Origin: an uncultured delta proteobacterium
GTDB lineage: Bacteria > Myxococcota_A > Polyangia > Palsa-1104
NCBI GenBank assembly: GCA_963785725.1
Contig: CAWAWS010000024.1
Location: 32,001-96,000, forward strand
Direction of reading: 5' to 3'
DNA length: 64,000 nucleotides
Shown here: positions 19,107-30,699 of the stretch, one piece after another
Position numbering within the stretch: the first letter of the stretch is position 1
How the letters are laid out: every line of letters begins with the position of its first letter
Notes under the pieces: model-generated
Databases searched by the model: none
What the model was told of the DNA's origin: nothing
Seen by the model: the letters and a program-made list of their open reading frames with translations, nothing else
Position numbers and translations under genes: made by a program

Positions 19107-19640
19107 TCACAGCGGGTCGCCGAGGGCGCAGCCGAACGCGGGCGCCTCGGCAGTCGGCGGCGCGCGGCCGGCCAGCGCGGCAGCGATCGCGTCGTCGAGC
19201 TCGTGCGTCGTCGGCGCCGGCCGCTCGCGCGCGAAATCGATCTGCCGGTCGTCGATACGGCCGCGATACACGCGCTCCCTTCCGCGGTAGACGATCGCCT
19301 CCGGCGTCACGGTCGCGCCCATCGCCCGCGCCAGCCGATGCCGCGGATCGCGCAACGCCGGCAATGCCAAGCCGTACGCCGCCTGATGCGCGCGCACCGC
19401 CGTCACGTCGTCGTCGGGATAGACGAGATAGAAGGCCACGCCGCGCGCGCGCCATTTATCGTATTGCCGGCGCAGCTCGGGCGCCGAGCGGTTCGACAGC
19501 GGACAGCCCGTCGCCACGAACACGAGCGCCGTAACCCCGCCGCCGGCCAATGGATCGACCGAGGTGCCCGCGAGATCTACGCCGCGCGCGCATCCGCTAA
19601 CGACAAGCAGCGAGCAAACGACCCAGCGGCGCGCGCCCAT
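19107..19640 (-). CDS. Redoxin (AhpC/TSA-like) lipoprotein
   Basis: FVATGCPLSN (CxxS), ATVTPEA, YRGRIDD, AFGC. Confidence 0.88.
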   Translation of the reverse strand: MGARRWVVCSLLVVSGCARGVDLAGTSVDPLAGGGVTALVFVATGCPLSNRSAPELRRQYDKWRARGVAFYLVYPDDDVTAVRAHQAAYGLALPALRDPRHRLARAMGATVTPEAIVYRGRERVYRGRIDDRQIDFARERPAPTTHELDDAIAAALAGRAPPTAEAPAFGCALGDPL

Positions 19641-19723
19641 CCTTACAATGTAGGCGTTTCGAGTTACAAAGCGTCTTGCAATCGCATGCTTGACTATTAA
19701 ACCAGCGTGCTATGCTGCGCGCC

Positions 19724-21232
19724 ATGTCAAGTCGGATTCGTGTCGTCCTCGCTTCCCTCTTCACCGTCGGTGTAGCCACGGCGTGCCTCAACCCGCCCGT
19801 GGAATCACCGACCACCGTCGTCGTTCAGGACACGCCAGTGCGCGTGCCGCAGAACGAGCAAAACCAGATCGACGTCCTCTTCATGATCGACAATTCACCG
19901 TCGATGGACGCGATGCAGACCGAGCTGAAGGCGCGCTTCGCCGACTTCTTCCAGGTCTTCCAAGATCTGGCGACGAACGGCACCTACGCCGACTTGCACA
20001 TCGGCGTCGTGACGTCCGACTACGGCGCCGGCGACACGGCCGGCGGCGGCTGCCAGGCTTCGCCGGGCGGTCAGAACGGCCTCTTGCAGGCCAAGGGCGC
20101 CGCCGCCGACGCGAGCTGCGTGGCGCCGACGAACGCGCCCTACATTCAGTACGCGTTCCAGAAGAACGGCACGCCCATCAGCAACTTGCCGGCCGGGCAG
20201 GACCTCGTGCCGACGTTCACCTGCATGGCGTCGGTCGGCGCCGGCGGCTGCGGCTTCGAGCACCAGCTCGAGTCGGTGCTGCAGGCGCTCAAGAACACGA
20301 AAGAGAACAACGGCTTCTTGCGCACCGACGCGCTCCTCGCCGTCGTCTTCGTGACCAACGAGGATGACGGCTCGGCGCCGCCGACCGCCAAGTTCTACGA
20401 GTCGGCCGCCGACCCCAGCATGTACGGCGCGTACGACACGTATCGCCAGACCGAGTTCGCCGTTTACTGCGGCGGCGTCAAGATCCCGTACGGCATGCCG
20501 ATGTCGCTCACCGGCTGCGCCGCGGCGCCGAACCTCTCGCCGACGCCCGATCCGAACTTGGCGTTCGACATCTCGCGCTACACCAACGCGTTCACGCAGC
20601 CGATCAGCCGCGGCGGCATCAAGGCCAGCGCCGACGACGTCCTGCTCTTCGCCATCGACGGCCCGGAGACGCCGGTCTCGACGGCGCTCGTGACCAGCGG
20701 CACCGGCCTCGGCGTCGCGCCCAACCCGTCGTACGTGCCTTGCGGCGCGCTCGGCACCAACTGCGTGCAGCGCCTCAACCACGTCTGCCAGAACAACGTG
20801 TCGCCGCCGTTCTTCGCCGACCCGTCGGTGCGCATCAACGCCGTCGTCAACAGCGCCAAGTTCAAGCAGACGAGCAGCATCTGCGGCGACGACTTGAACA
20901 TGGCGCCCGACTTCACCTCGGCGCTGCAGGCGCTCGGCAAGCTCATCTCGTCGCAGATCAGCCCCGGCTGCATCCCGGCCAAGCTCGCCGACCTCAACAA
21001 CCCGGAGTGCATCGTCGAAGACGTGACCGATACGGCGATGGGCCAGACGATCACGTCGATTCCGGCGTGCGCGACGGCGGGCGCGAACGTGTTCCCGTGC
21101 TGGACGATCGCCCCCAACGCGCTCTGCAACGGCATCTCGCCGCAGGGCGTCGGTATGACGGTCGAGCGCAACGGCATGGCGGCGCCGCCCAACACGAACG
21201 CCTCGGTCGAGTGCAGCACCATCGCCCAGTAA
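19724..21232 (+). CDS. Cys-rich VWA-domain lipoprotein (CglB-like family)
   Basis: Lipobox ATAC; MIDAS IDNSPSM; GVVTSD; GCGFEHQL; FLRTDALLAVVFVTNEDD. Confidence 0.8.
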   Translation: MSSRIRVVLASLFTVGVATACLNPPVESPTTVVVQDTPVRVPQNEQNQIDVLFMIDNSPSMDAMQTELKARFADFFQVFQDLATNGTYADLHIGVVTSDYGAGDTAGGGCQASPGGQNGLLQAKGAAADASCVAPTNAPYIQYAFQKNGTPISNLPAGQDLVPTFTCMASVGAGGCGFEHQLESVLQALKNTKENNGFLRTDALLAVVFVTNEDDGSAPPTAKFYESAADPSMYGAYDTYRQTEFAVYCGGVKIPYGMPMSLTGCAAAPNLSPTPDPNLAFDISRYTNAFTQPISRGGIKASADDVLLFAIDGPETPVSTALVTSGTGLGVAPNPSYVPCGALGTNCVQRLNHVCQNNVSPPFFADPSVRINAVVNSAKFKQTSSICGDDLNMAPDFTSALQALGKLISSQISPGCIPAKLADLNNPECIVEDVTDTAMGQTITSIPACATAGANVFPCWTIAPNALCNGISPQGVGMTVERNGMAAPPNTNASVECSTIAQ

Positions 21233-21454
21233 GCGTTCCGCAGTCGCTTCGCCTCTCTTCGTAACGCCTTCACCTTCGCCACTTTCGTCATCCCCGCCGT
21301 CGCAGCCGCGACCGCTCAGCCACGTTCGCGAGCCGTGGACGGGGCGGCAATTCCACGACGCGTAGGCGGCGTCGGCGTGGAGCCGCGCCGCGATCACGGC
21401 CGGACGAGAGGTTGCGTTCGATTGATTGGCGATGGTTGGTGAGCTGGCTTCGCT

Positions 21455-22915
21455 TTACTTGACCGTCGCGAGCATGGCGGCGGCGATGGCAGCGGCGCCC
21501 CACAACGCGGAGACGACGGCGACGGCGCGCGCGCGCGGACGATGCGCCGGCATCGTCGCCAGCGTCCACACCGTGCCGGCGACGGCGAGGCCGGCGCCAG
21601 ACGTCACGAGCGCGGCCGACTGCGCGTTCGAGCCGTGGTGCCACAACGCCGCGCCCGTGACCGCGAGCGGCAGGCCGACGGCGATCGCGCTCCAGCCGGC
21701 GATCGTCAGCGCGTGCGCCGCGCCCTCGTCGGCATCAGCAGCTGCGGGCGCGGCGAGCAGCAGCGGCGCGGCGACTTTTCGCGCCGACATGACGGTGACG
21801 CCGGGCGCGGGCGGCCCGCCGTCGAGCGCGGCGGCGACGCGCGCGGCGGCCCGCGCAACCTCCGACGCCGCCGCGCTGCCGGCGGCGCCGCGCGCGCTCG
21901 ACGACGCCACCAGCCGCGCGCCGCGACCGTCGACGACATAGCCCCAAACGGCGACACCGGGACGACCATCGGCGGCGTCGGCGGCCAACACGTAGACCCG
22001 ACCGGCCGCGAGCGCGACCGCTAGCTGCCCGACCCAATGGGCCTCTTCGCTGGCGCGCGAAGCATGCGTGGCATAAGCGAGCCCGACGAAGCGATCGCTG
22101 CGCAGCGCGGCCTCGAAGTCGACGTCGATCGCCACCGGCACGTCGCCACGCGCGAGCGTCACGCGATGCAGCCGCCCGTCGCCGTGCTCACCGGCCGCGA
22201 ACAGCCGATAGTCGCCCGGGCGCATCGGCAGCGGACGCGCGCCATCGACGGCCTGGCCCTCGACGAACGCGTGCGCGCCCGGCGCCGGCGGCAGCGTCAC
22301 GACGAGCCGCGCCGTCGTCGCTTGCGCCGCGCCCAAGCGGTCGTGCAGCTGCACCAGCTCGCGCTCGTTGCGACCGGGATCGACCGGCAAATCGGGCACG
22401 TTGCGCAAGAGCTCCAGCATGCGCGCCTCGGCCAGCTGCGCCGCTTCCGGGCCGTGCGTCACTTGATAGGCGCGACTCAGCTTCAGCAGGATGTGCTGAT
22501 AGAGAGCGCGGGCGTCGCGATCGTGCGCCAAGGTCGCTTGCGCGTCGCCGAGGCGGGCACGCGCCGCTTCCAGCTCGTCGATGGACTCGCGCACGCGCGT
22601 GCCGCTGAAAAACAGGTTGCGCTCGGCTTGCCGCGCGCGCGCCGCGATCTCGGCCAGCGCGCTCGCCGACAGCTGCGCCGGCGCCGGGCCGAAGCGGGCG
22701 TCGATGGCGTCGGCGAGCGCGCGATCGGCGAGCGGCTGCCCGAGCGCGGCGACGACGTCGGGCAGATAGACGTGCACGTCCGACGTCTGCCCATCGGCGT
22801 CGGCGCCGGAATCGGGCTTGGCGACGACCGCTTCGATGACGATCGCGCGCGGCGCCGCCGCGGCCGAATGCGCCGCGCCGGTCACGACTGCGCACCAGAC
22901 GGCGACGCGCTTCAC
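21455..22915 (-). CDS. Secreted/membrane protein with a degenerate PEGA-like domain
   Basis: Signal peptide, helical region, 'AHAFVEG..PG.YRL' PEGA-like segment, C-terminal TMs; GTGA overlap with the upstream stop. Confidence 0.65.
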   Translation of the reverse strand: MKRVAVWCAVVTGAAHSAAAAPRAIVIEAVVAKPDSGADADGQTSDVHVYLPDVVAALGQPLADRALADAIDARFGPAPAQLSASALAEIAARARQAERNLFFSGTRVRESIDELEAARARLGDAQATLAHDRDARALYQHILLKLSRAYQVTHGPEAAQLAEARMLELLRNVPDLPVDPGRNERELVQLHDRLGAAQATTARLVVTLPPAPGAHAFVEGQAVDGARPLPMRPGDYRLFAAGEHGDGRLHRVTLARGDVPVAIDVDFEAALRSDRFVGLAYATHASRASEEAHWVGQLAVALAAGRVYVLAADAADGRPGVAVWGYVVDGRGARLVASSSARGAAGSAAASEVARAAARVAAALDGGPPAPGVTVMSARKVAAPLLLAAPAAADADEGAAHALTIAGWSAIAVGLPLAVTGAALWHHGSNAQSAALVTSGAGLAVAGTVWTLATMPAHRPRARAVAVVSALWGAAAIAAAMLATVK

Positions 22916-24294
22916 GGCACCTCGTGCGCGCCGACGTCCCACTTGCCGTTCGTCGGCTGCGGTCGCGCGCGCCCGTCGTAGTCGTGATCGACCGGCGACG
23001 TCGTCAGCTGATCGATGCAGCAGGCCAGATTCGCCGTCGTGCGGCCGTTCAGGTGATAGTCGGTCGCGCTCACGAAGTCGGGGACGAGCGACGTCGAGCC
23101 CAATAGCGTGCAGGCGCCGCTGGTGTCGCTGATGGCGTTGCCTTCGACGATGGAGTTGGCGATGGTCGTCGCGCCCGAGCACAAGATGCCGCCGGCGGCG
23201 TTGCTGACGACGGTGTCGTGCATGAAGCCGGGCGCCGCGGCGGTCGCGCCCGAGCCGATGAGCACGCCCGCGCCACCGCTGCCATTGCCGACGATGAAGC
23301 AGTTGGTGATCGTGTAGGGCGCGCCGCTGATGGAGATGCCGCCGCCGGCGTTGCCGGGGCCGATCTGGTCGCGATCGAGCGTGACCGCGCAGGCGTTGGC
23401 GTTGAGGGCGACGCCGTTGATGCCGTGCAGCGCGCTGCGGCGGAGGGTGAGCGTGGGCCCGAGCGCGCCGTTGACGCAGGCGATGCCCGGCTGATTGACG
23501 CCGCTGCCGATGATCTGGAGCTCGTCGAGCAGCACCGTCGTCGTGGCGCCGCTGATGCCGACGGCGGGGTCGGTGGCGTCACCGCTGAGCGTGGCGGCGG
23601 GCTGGGTGTCGGCGCCGACGATGCGGATGTTGCCGCTGGTGATGGCGACGTGCGGATAGGCTGTCGACGAGCCGATGACGCGCACGAGCGGCTGCACGGC
23701 GAGCGCGGCCGTGACGTCGCAGGCGGGGTCGGCGAGCGTCGCGGCGTGGCTGCCGATGCAGGTGCCGTTGGCGTTGTCGGCGTAGGCGACGGTGGCGGCG
23801 GCGGCGCAGGTGCCGTCGGGGTTGCAGAGCGCGGCGGTGCATTCGGCGTGCGCGTCGCAGGTGCGGCAGACGCCGCTCGCGCCGCAGATGGGCGTGGCCG
23901 CGGCGCAGTCGCTGCTTTCGACGCCGGCGGTGGCGCATGCGGCGCACGTGCCGGTGGCGGCGAAGCAGCGCGGCGTCGCCGACGAGCGGCCGAGGCAGGC
24001 GCCGTCGTCGCCGCTGCCGGTGCAGGCGCGGCAGACGCGGTCGGCGCAGATGGGGTGGTCGTCGGGGCAGTCGCTGTTGGCGCTGCAGCCGGCGAGATCG
24101 GCCACGCCGAGGTCGGGGCTGCCGCCGTCGGCGAGCGCGGGCTGGCAGAGCTTGGCTTGCACGTCGCAGCGCGGATAGGCGGGATCGGCGCAGGGCCAGC
24201 GGGACGTGCCGTCGCAGTAGACGTTGCGCACGGGGACTTTGCGGCAGCCGACGAGCAGCGTGGCGACGGCGAGGACGAGGGCGCAGGCGCGCAT
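22912..24294 (-). CDS. Cys-rich lipoprotein with right-handed beta-helix and choice-of-anchor-Q-like C-terminus
   Basis: Lipobox LLVGC; Cys repeats; ITNCFIVGN / TIANSIVEGN beta-helix rungs; DYDGRARPQ...WDVGAHE. Confidence 0.8.
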   Translation of the reverse strand: MRACALVLAVATLLVGCRKVPVRNVYCDGTSRWPCADPAYPRCDVQAKLCQPALADGGSPDLGVADLAGCSANSDCPDDHPICADRVCRACTGSGDDGACLGRSSATPRCFAATGTCAACATAGVESSDCAAATPICGASGVCRTCDAHAECTAALCNPDGTCAAAATVAYADNANGTCIGSHAATLADPACDVTAALAVQPLVRVIGSSTAYPHVAITSGNIRIVGADTQPAATLSGDATDPAVGISGATTTVLLDELQIIGSGVNQPGIACVNGALGPTLTLRRSALHGINGVALNANACAVTLDRDQIGPGNAGGGISISGAPYTITNCFIVGNGSGGAGVLIGSGATAAAPGFMHDTVVSNAAGGILCSGATTIANSIVEGNAISDTSGACTLLGSTSLVPDFVSATDYHLNGRTTANLACCIDQLTTSPVDHDYDGRARPQPTNGKWDVGAHEVP

Positions 24295-25441
24295 CAGAAG
24301 CTCCCTACGAGCGCAATGGCGGTGGCCGCTGGGGCGACGGCCGCGATGGGTGGCGGCGGCGTGAAGTCGCGCGCGCCGAGCGGCGGTCGAGCGTCGGTGG
24401 ACGGGCGCGTCGGCGGCCACGGCGCGGTGACGGCCGCGCGCGACCACGGCGCGGCGACGGCGGCGCGCGACCACGGCGCGAACGCGGCGTCAGCCCGAGC
24501 GCGATCGGTCGGCGTGAACGCGAGGGCGCGCGGCGCCGGTTTGCGCGCGGTGACGAGCAGCGCGGCGGCGGCGGCCATGAAGGCCGCGACACCGACGGCG
24601 CCGAGCGCGATGCCGATCGTCGTGTCGTAGCGATAGCCGCAGCGGCCGGAGCACGCGGCGCGGTCGTCGTAGGCGCCGGCGGTGACGAGGCCGGCCAAGC
24701 TGCCGGCCGCGAGCCCGGCGGCGGTCGCGCCCAGCCCGAGCGCGAGCGTACGCCGCGACGTCGCGCCGGCGGCCGCGGCACCGAGCGTGACGGTGCGCGC
24801 GGCACCGGCGGCGCAGTCGATCTCCGCTCGCGCGCCCGCGGCCGCGACGGTATGTCGGCCGGCGGCGACGGAATGCGCGAACGGCGCCGCCCCGAGCGCG
24901 ACCGTATCGACGCTGACGGCCGCACCGGTCGGCGCCGCGACCGTCAGCGTGCACAGCGGCCGATTGCGCTCGTCGCGCAGGAGCGGCGCGGCGGCGCGGG
25001 CGAAGCTGTCCATCAACGCGTCGGCGCTGCAGCCCGGACAGGGCAGCTCGAGCGTGCCCGCGACTTGCGCCGCGTCGACGGCGAACGAGAGCAGGTGCGC
25101 CGTCCAGCCGTCATGGCGCCGCTCGATGCGCACCGTGATCAGCCGCTCGACCGACAGCCGATCGCCGAGCGTCAAGCTGCAGCGATCCTCGGCACAGCCG
25201 CGCAGCGCCGGCGTGGCGGCGAGCGCCGCGGCGACGGCGTCGTGCGGCGCCAACAGTGCATCGGTCGGCAGCGCCAGCGACAAGGCCCGCCAAGCGCGCT
25301 CTTCGACGGCCGCGCGCGCGGCTTCGTCGACGTCGCCTTCGACACGGATTTCGCCGATCGCCCAACGCCGCGGCGCTGCCAACGCCGTCGCCGACACGCC
25401 CAGCGCCAACGCCAGCGCCGCCATAACCGCCGACGCCCGCA

Positions 25442-25442
<1 letters not shown>
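24294..25442 (-). CDS. PEGA-domain secreted protein
   Basis: Signal peptide; LTVAAPTGAAVSVD...GRHTV PEGA motif; C-terminal TMs; overlaps neighbours by 1 nt. Confidence 0.7.
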
Positions 25443-27247
<1,805 letters not shown>

Positions 27248-27574
27248 GGCGGCCCCGATCTTGTAGTGGTTTTAAATCACACTTTTATGCTGTGTCGTGG
27301 GCCGATGTCAATGACGCGTCGACGCAGCTGCGATCTCTACTGCCAACTCCTGACACTGTGCCAGTAACTCAATCCAGGCCAATCGCGTCATTGCTTGTGG
27401 CGAATTGACGCAGGCGAGATCTCGACAGGGATCAGGCCTCAGTCGCCTCGCCATGGTCGCTAATCCCACAAGATGCCGAGCTCGGGGCTGTTTACGACGG
27501 ACGATGCCTCGTCATGCAGTTGGTGTACCAATCCAGCGTAGATCGACGTGACCATGCTAGCGTCGCACGCGCGC

Positions 27575-28429
27575 ATGCATTCGATTCACAAGTTGTTCGG
27601 CCATCGCGTCCGCCAGCTGCGCGAGGAGCAGCAGCTGGGCGCAGCCGACGTGGCCGCGCTCATCGGCTGCGATGTCTCGCACTACTACTCGATCGAGCGC
27701 GGCGCGCATCCGCCAAGCTTTGCGTTGCTCCTGGCGATCGCCAAGACGTTCAAGGTCGACGAAGCCGATCTGTTCACGTGGCCGGGCAGCGGCTTGCGTC
27801 ACGATGTGCGCGAGCAGGTGCGATTGGCGACGCCGCCGGCGTTGGCGGCGCTCAAAGCCGCCCTCGCCAACGTCGGCGCAGGCATCGCTGGTGTCGCTGT
27901 CGGCGCAGGCGTTGTCATCGGCGCGGGCGCGGCGACCGGCACGAGCGTGAGCAGCGGCCGGGCGAACGCGGCGACCGGCACGAGCGTGAGCAGCGGCCGA
28001 GGAGCGCGGCGAGCCGGCGCGCGGCAGCGGGCGCGTCAACCTCGTCGTCGACGGCGGCGCGGCGAACGCCGGCCGAGCCGGCCGACGCCAACGGCCGCGA
28101 CGAGCCGCCGCCACGCGAGCCGCGCCGCCGCCCGAGACGCTAGCCGCGCGTGCGGCGTGCGGCGTGCGGCGTGCGGCGTGCGGCCGGCGGCGTGCGGCGT
28201 GCGGCGTGCGGCGTGCGGCCGGCGGCGTGCGGCCGGCGAGCAACCCACCACCCGAGCCGCTGAACGCTCGCGGCAAGCCGGCGGCGGCGAGCGCGAGCGC
28301 GCGGTCCCACCGCAGCGCCACGGCGCGCCGCGCCTGCGCCAGGCTGCAACAGCCCGCCACCGGCGAACAGATCTCGACGTCGACCCGGCGTTCGCTGCCT
28401 GGGCCCTCGCCTCACCTATCATCGACTGA
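27575..28429 (+). CDS. XRE/HTH_3 transcriptional regulator with a low-complexity C-terminal extension (true end uncertain)
   Basis: LFGHRVRQLRE...YYSIERG..PS...IAKTFKVDEADLF; the tail is built from repeats. Confidence 0.75.
   Translation: MHSIHKLFGHRVRQLREEQQLGAADVAALIGCDVSHYYSIERGAHPPSFALLLAIAKTFKVDEADLFTWPGSGLRHDVREQVRLATPPALAALKAALANVGAGIAGVAVGAGVVIGAGAATGTSVSSGRANAATGTSVSSGRGARRAGARQRARQPRRRRRRGERRPSRPTPTAATSRRHASRAAARDASRACGVRRAACGVRPAACGVRRAACGRRRAAGEQPTTRAAERSRQAGGGERERAVPPQRHGAPRLRQAATARHRRTDLDVDPAFAAWALASPIID
28148..28238. repeat. Heptamer tandem repeat GCGTGCG/GCCGGCG x13
   Basis: Counted directly: 10 GCGTGCG and 3 GCCGGCG units. Confidence 0.9.
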
Positions 28430-28549
28430 GTTTTAAACTCACTAATTCATCATCATCTCCAACATGCTCGACTGATGTAACTGCCGAACACACTAAGGGA
28501 TACAGCCCCGGACGCGGCCCGAGGTCGCTTGTTAGCGTCGGGATCGTCG

Positions 28550-28894
28550 ATGCGACCCGTGCCCAAGCTCCTCGGAGCGCGCATCAAAGAGCTGCGCGAA
28601 GAGCGCAGCGAGCGCGCTGTCGACATCGCCGTCATGGTCGGCGTCGATCCGTCGCACTATTATGCGATCGAGCGCGGCACGGCCCGACCCAGCCTCGACG
28701 TCGTCATCGCGCTGGCGCACGCCTTCAAGGTCGACGAAGCCGACCTCTTCATTTGGCCGGGCACCGGCGCGCGCGCCGACCTGCACGAGATCGTGCGCCG
28801 CGTCCCCAACGCTAGCCTGGCGGAGCTGAAGCTGCAGCTGGAGCAGCACGTGCCCGCCAAAGCGCCCGCCAAGACCAAGCCGCCCCGTCGCTGA
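28550..28894 (+). CDS. XRE/HTH_3 transcriptional regulator (paralog of 27575)
   Basis: LLGARIKELRE...SHYYAIERG..PS...LAHAFKVDEADLFIWPG. Confidence 0.88.
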   Translation: MRPVPKLLGARIKELREERSERAVDIAVMVGVDPSHYYAIERGTARPSLDVVIALAHAFKVDEADLFIWPGTGARADLHEIVRRVPNASLAELKLQLEQHVPAKAPAKTKPPRR

Positions 28895-29552
28895 GCAGGC
28901 GCAAGTCGGGCCCGCGCTCGCGGCGCTGTCGCTCCGCCTCCGCCGCCTCCGCCCGTTCGCGCTCACGCTGCCACTCGAGCAACGAGCGCTCGGCACGCAC
29001 GCGCGCGATCGTCTCCGGCGCCGCCAACGCCGCCAGCCAGTCCTCCATGCGCCGTCGCCCACGCCGCGCCTCGCGCGCTTCGTGCAGCGCCTCGGTCGGC
29101 GATTCGCCGGCCTCGACGAACCAGCCCTGCCCAATGCGCAACAGCCGCGCCGCGCCGCGCGCTCGCCGCGCGAAATAGCGCGCCTGCTGGTCGTAGCCGC
29201 AGGCGACGAGCACCGCCACCAACGGCGCCGGCAAGATCACGCTCTCCAGGCCGCGCCGCCGTCGCCCGCGCGGAAACGGCAACACCCGCGGCGGCGCCCG
29301 CACCGCGTCCTTGCGCCGCCCGCTGACGATGCCGTCGCGTCGGCGTACGAATAGCCGCGGCCACGTATAACGCCGTCGCGTGCGCGCGTCGGCGTCGTCC
29401 TCGTGGCGCACCCGCTCGACGACGTAGATGTGCCCATCGAGCACGATCTCTTCGCCCACCGCCGGATGCCCCATCGCCGCCGTTCGCTCGACCTCCGCCA
29501 GCAGCTCGCCCTGCATGTTCTGGATGACGACGCGATATTCACCGATTCGCAT
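28812..29552 (-). CDS. Hypothetical protein
   Basis: GGTGGAG RBS; globular-looking N-terminus (PAVGEEIVLDGHIYVVERVRH); 3' end overlaps the XRE gene. Confidence 0.6.
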   Translation of the reverse strand: MRIGEYRVVIQNMQGELLAEVERTAAMGHPAVGEEIVLDGHIYVVERVRHEDDADARTRRRYTWPRLFVRRRDGIVSGRRKDAVRAPPRVLPFPRGRRRRGLESVILPAPLVAVLVACGYDQQARYFARRARGAARLLRIGQGWFVEAGESPTEALHEAREARRGRRRMEDWLAALAAPETIARVRAERSLLEWQRERERAEAAEAERQRRERGPDLRLLSDGAAWSWRALWRARAAPAAASAPPG

Positions 29553-29688
29553 GCTCCACCTCGATCGCTCTTTTCCTTATCGGCGAGGCGTTCCAGAAGT
29601 TGCGTATGAAGCTGCGTATTTTGCCGGCGCCACGGCCGAGCTCACTCCGAATCGACGATTGCGCAGCTTTCTGTTATAGTTAGCCACC

Positions 29689-30699
29689 ATGTCTCCGCAA
29701 GGCGCAGCGCGCCTCGGCGCCAGCGCCGGTTCTATTGCCCTATCGATCGCCAAGAAGGTCGGCCCATACCTCATCGCCGCGATCGCTCTTTATTGGGTCT
29801 ACAAGCGCACCGATCCGACGAAGCTCGCCAAGGCGATCGAAGCGGCGCCGTTGGTCTCGTTCGTCGCGGTGTCGGCGCTGATGCTCGTCGTCAACTGCGC
29901 GGCCGACACCTTCGCGATGTCGGCGGTGTTCGCGCGCTTCGGCTGTCACGTTCGGTACAAAGATCTGTACCTCGTGCGCGCGTCGACGTACCTGCTCGCC
30001 ATCGTCAATTATCACGTCGGGCAAGCGGCGATCGTCGGTTACCTCTATCGCGTCAAGCGCGTGCCGCTGCTGCGAGCCAGCGGCTGGATCCTCTTCATCA
30101 TCGGCATCAACGTCGGCACGCTGCTCCTCCTGGCGTCGGCGGGCGCGACCCGCGAGACGGGACAAGAGAACCTACGCATCCTGCGCCTCGTTCCGCTCGC
30201 CACCGGCATCGGCGTCGTCTTCTACGCGGGGCTGTTGACGTTGAAGCCGCGCGTCTTGGCCGATCGCGCGCTCTTGAAGCCGCTGTTCGACATGGGAATT
30301 CCCGGCCACGTCATGGGCGTGCTCGTGCGTCTGCCGCATATCGGCGTGCTCCTCTTGTGGCACTTCATCTCGCTGCGCATGTTCGACGTGCATGTTCCGG
30401 TGGGCGCGGCGCTGCTCTACTTGCCCGTCTACTTCGCCGCGCAGTCGCTGCCGTTCAACGTCAACGGCATCGGCATCGCGCAGCCGGTGGCGCTGGCGTT
30501 CTTCACGCCGTTTACGGGGACGCCGGGCCATCCCAACCCGGAAGCGGTCATCGCCTATAGCCTCGGCACGTCGCTGATCTCGCTCATGTTGCAGATCCTG
30601 TTGGGCACGATCTGTCTGCGCTGGGCGACGGCGATCGGCATCAAGCCGCAGCCGATCGAGCCGGTCATGGACGTCGAGCAGACGGCGGAAGCCAGCTGA
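29689..30699 (+). CDS. Lysylphosphatidylglycerol-synthase TM / flippase-like (UPF0104) membrane protein
   Basis: About 8 TM segments; SLPFNVNGIGIAQ resembles the family motif lP.tpgGlG..e. Confidence 0.7.
   Translation: MSPQGAARLGASAGSIALSIAKKVGPYLIAAIALYWVYKRTDPTKLAKAIEAAPLVSFVAVSALMLVVNCAADTFAMSAVFARFGCHVRYKDLYLVRASTYLLAIVNYHVGQAAIVGYLYRVKRVPLLRASGWILFIIGINVGTLLLLASAGATRETGQENLRILRLVPLATGIGVVFYAGLLTLKPRVLADRALLKPLFDMGIPGHVMGVLVRLPHIGVLLLWHFISLRMFDVHVPVGAALLYLPVYFAAQSLPFNVNGIGIAQPVALAFFTPFTGTPGHPNPEAVIAYSLGTSLISLMLQILLGTICLRWATAIGIKPQPIEPVMDVEQTAEAS

Noticed and set aside
21233..21454. Possible ncRNA or tRNA in intergenic gaps (also 8090-8320, 48340-48520)
   Set aside because: No tRNA cloverleaf, T-loop motif or recognisable riboswitch consensus; an Infernal/Rfam scan would be needed to exclude them fully.
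28148..28238. Possible CRISPR array
   Set aside because: It is a contiguous 7-nt microsatellite with no spacers and no cas genes.
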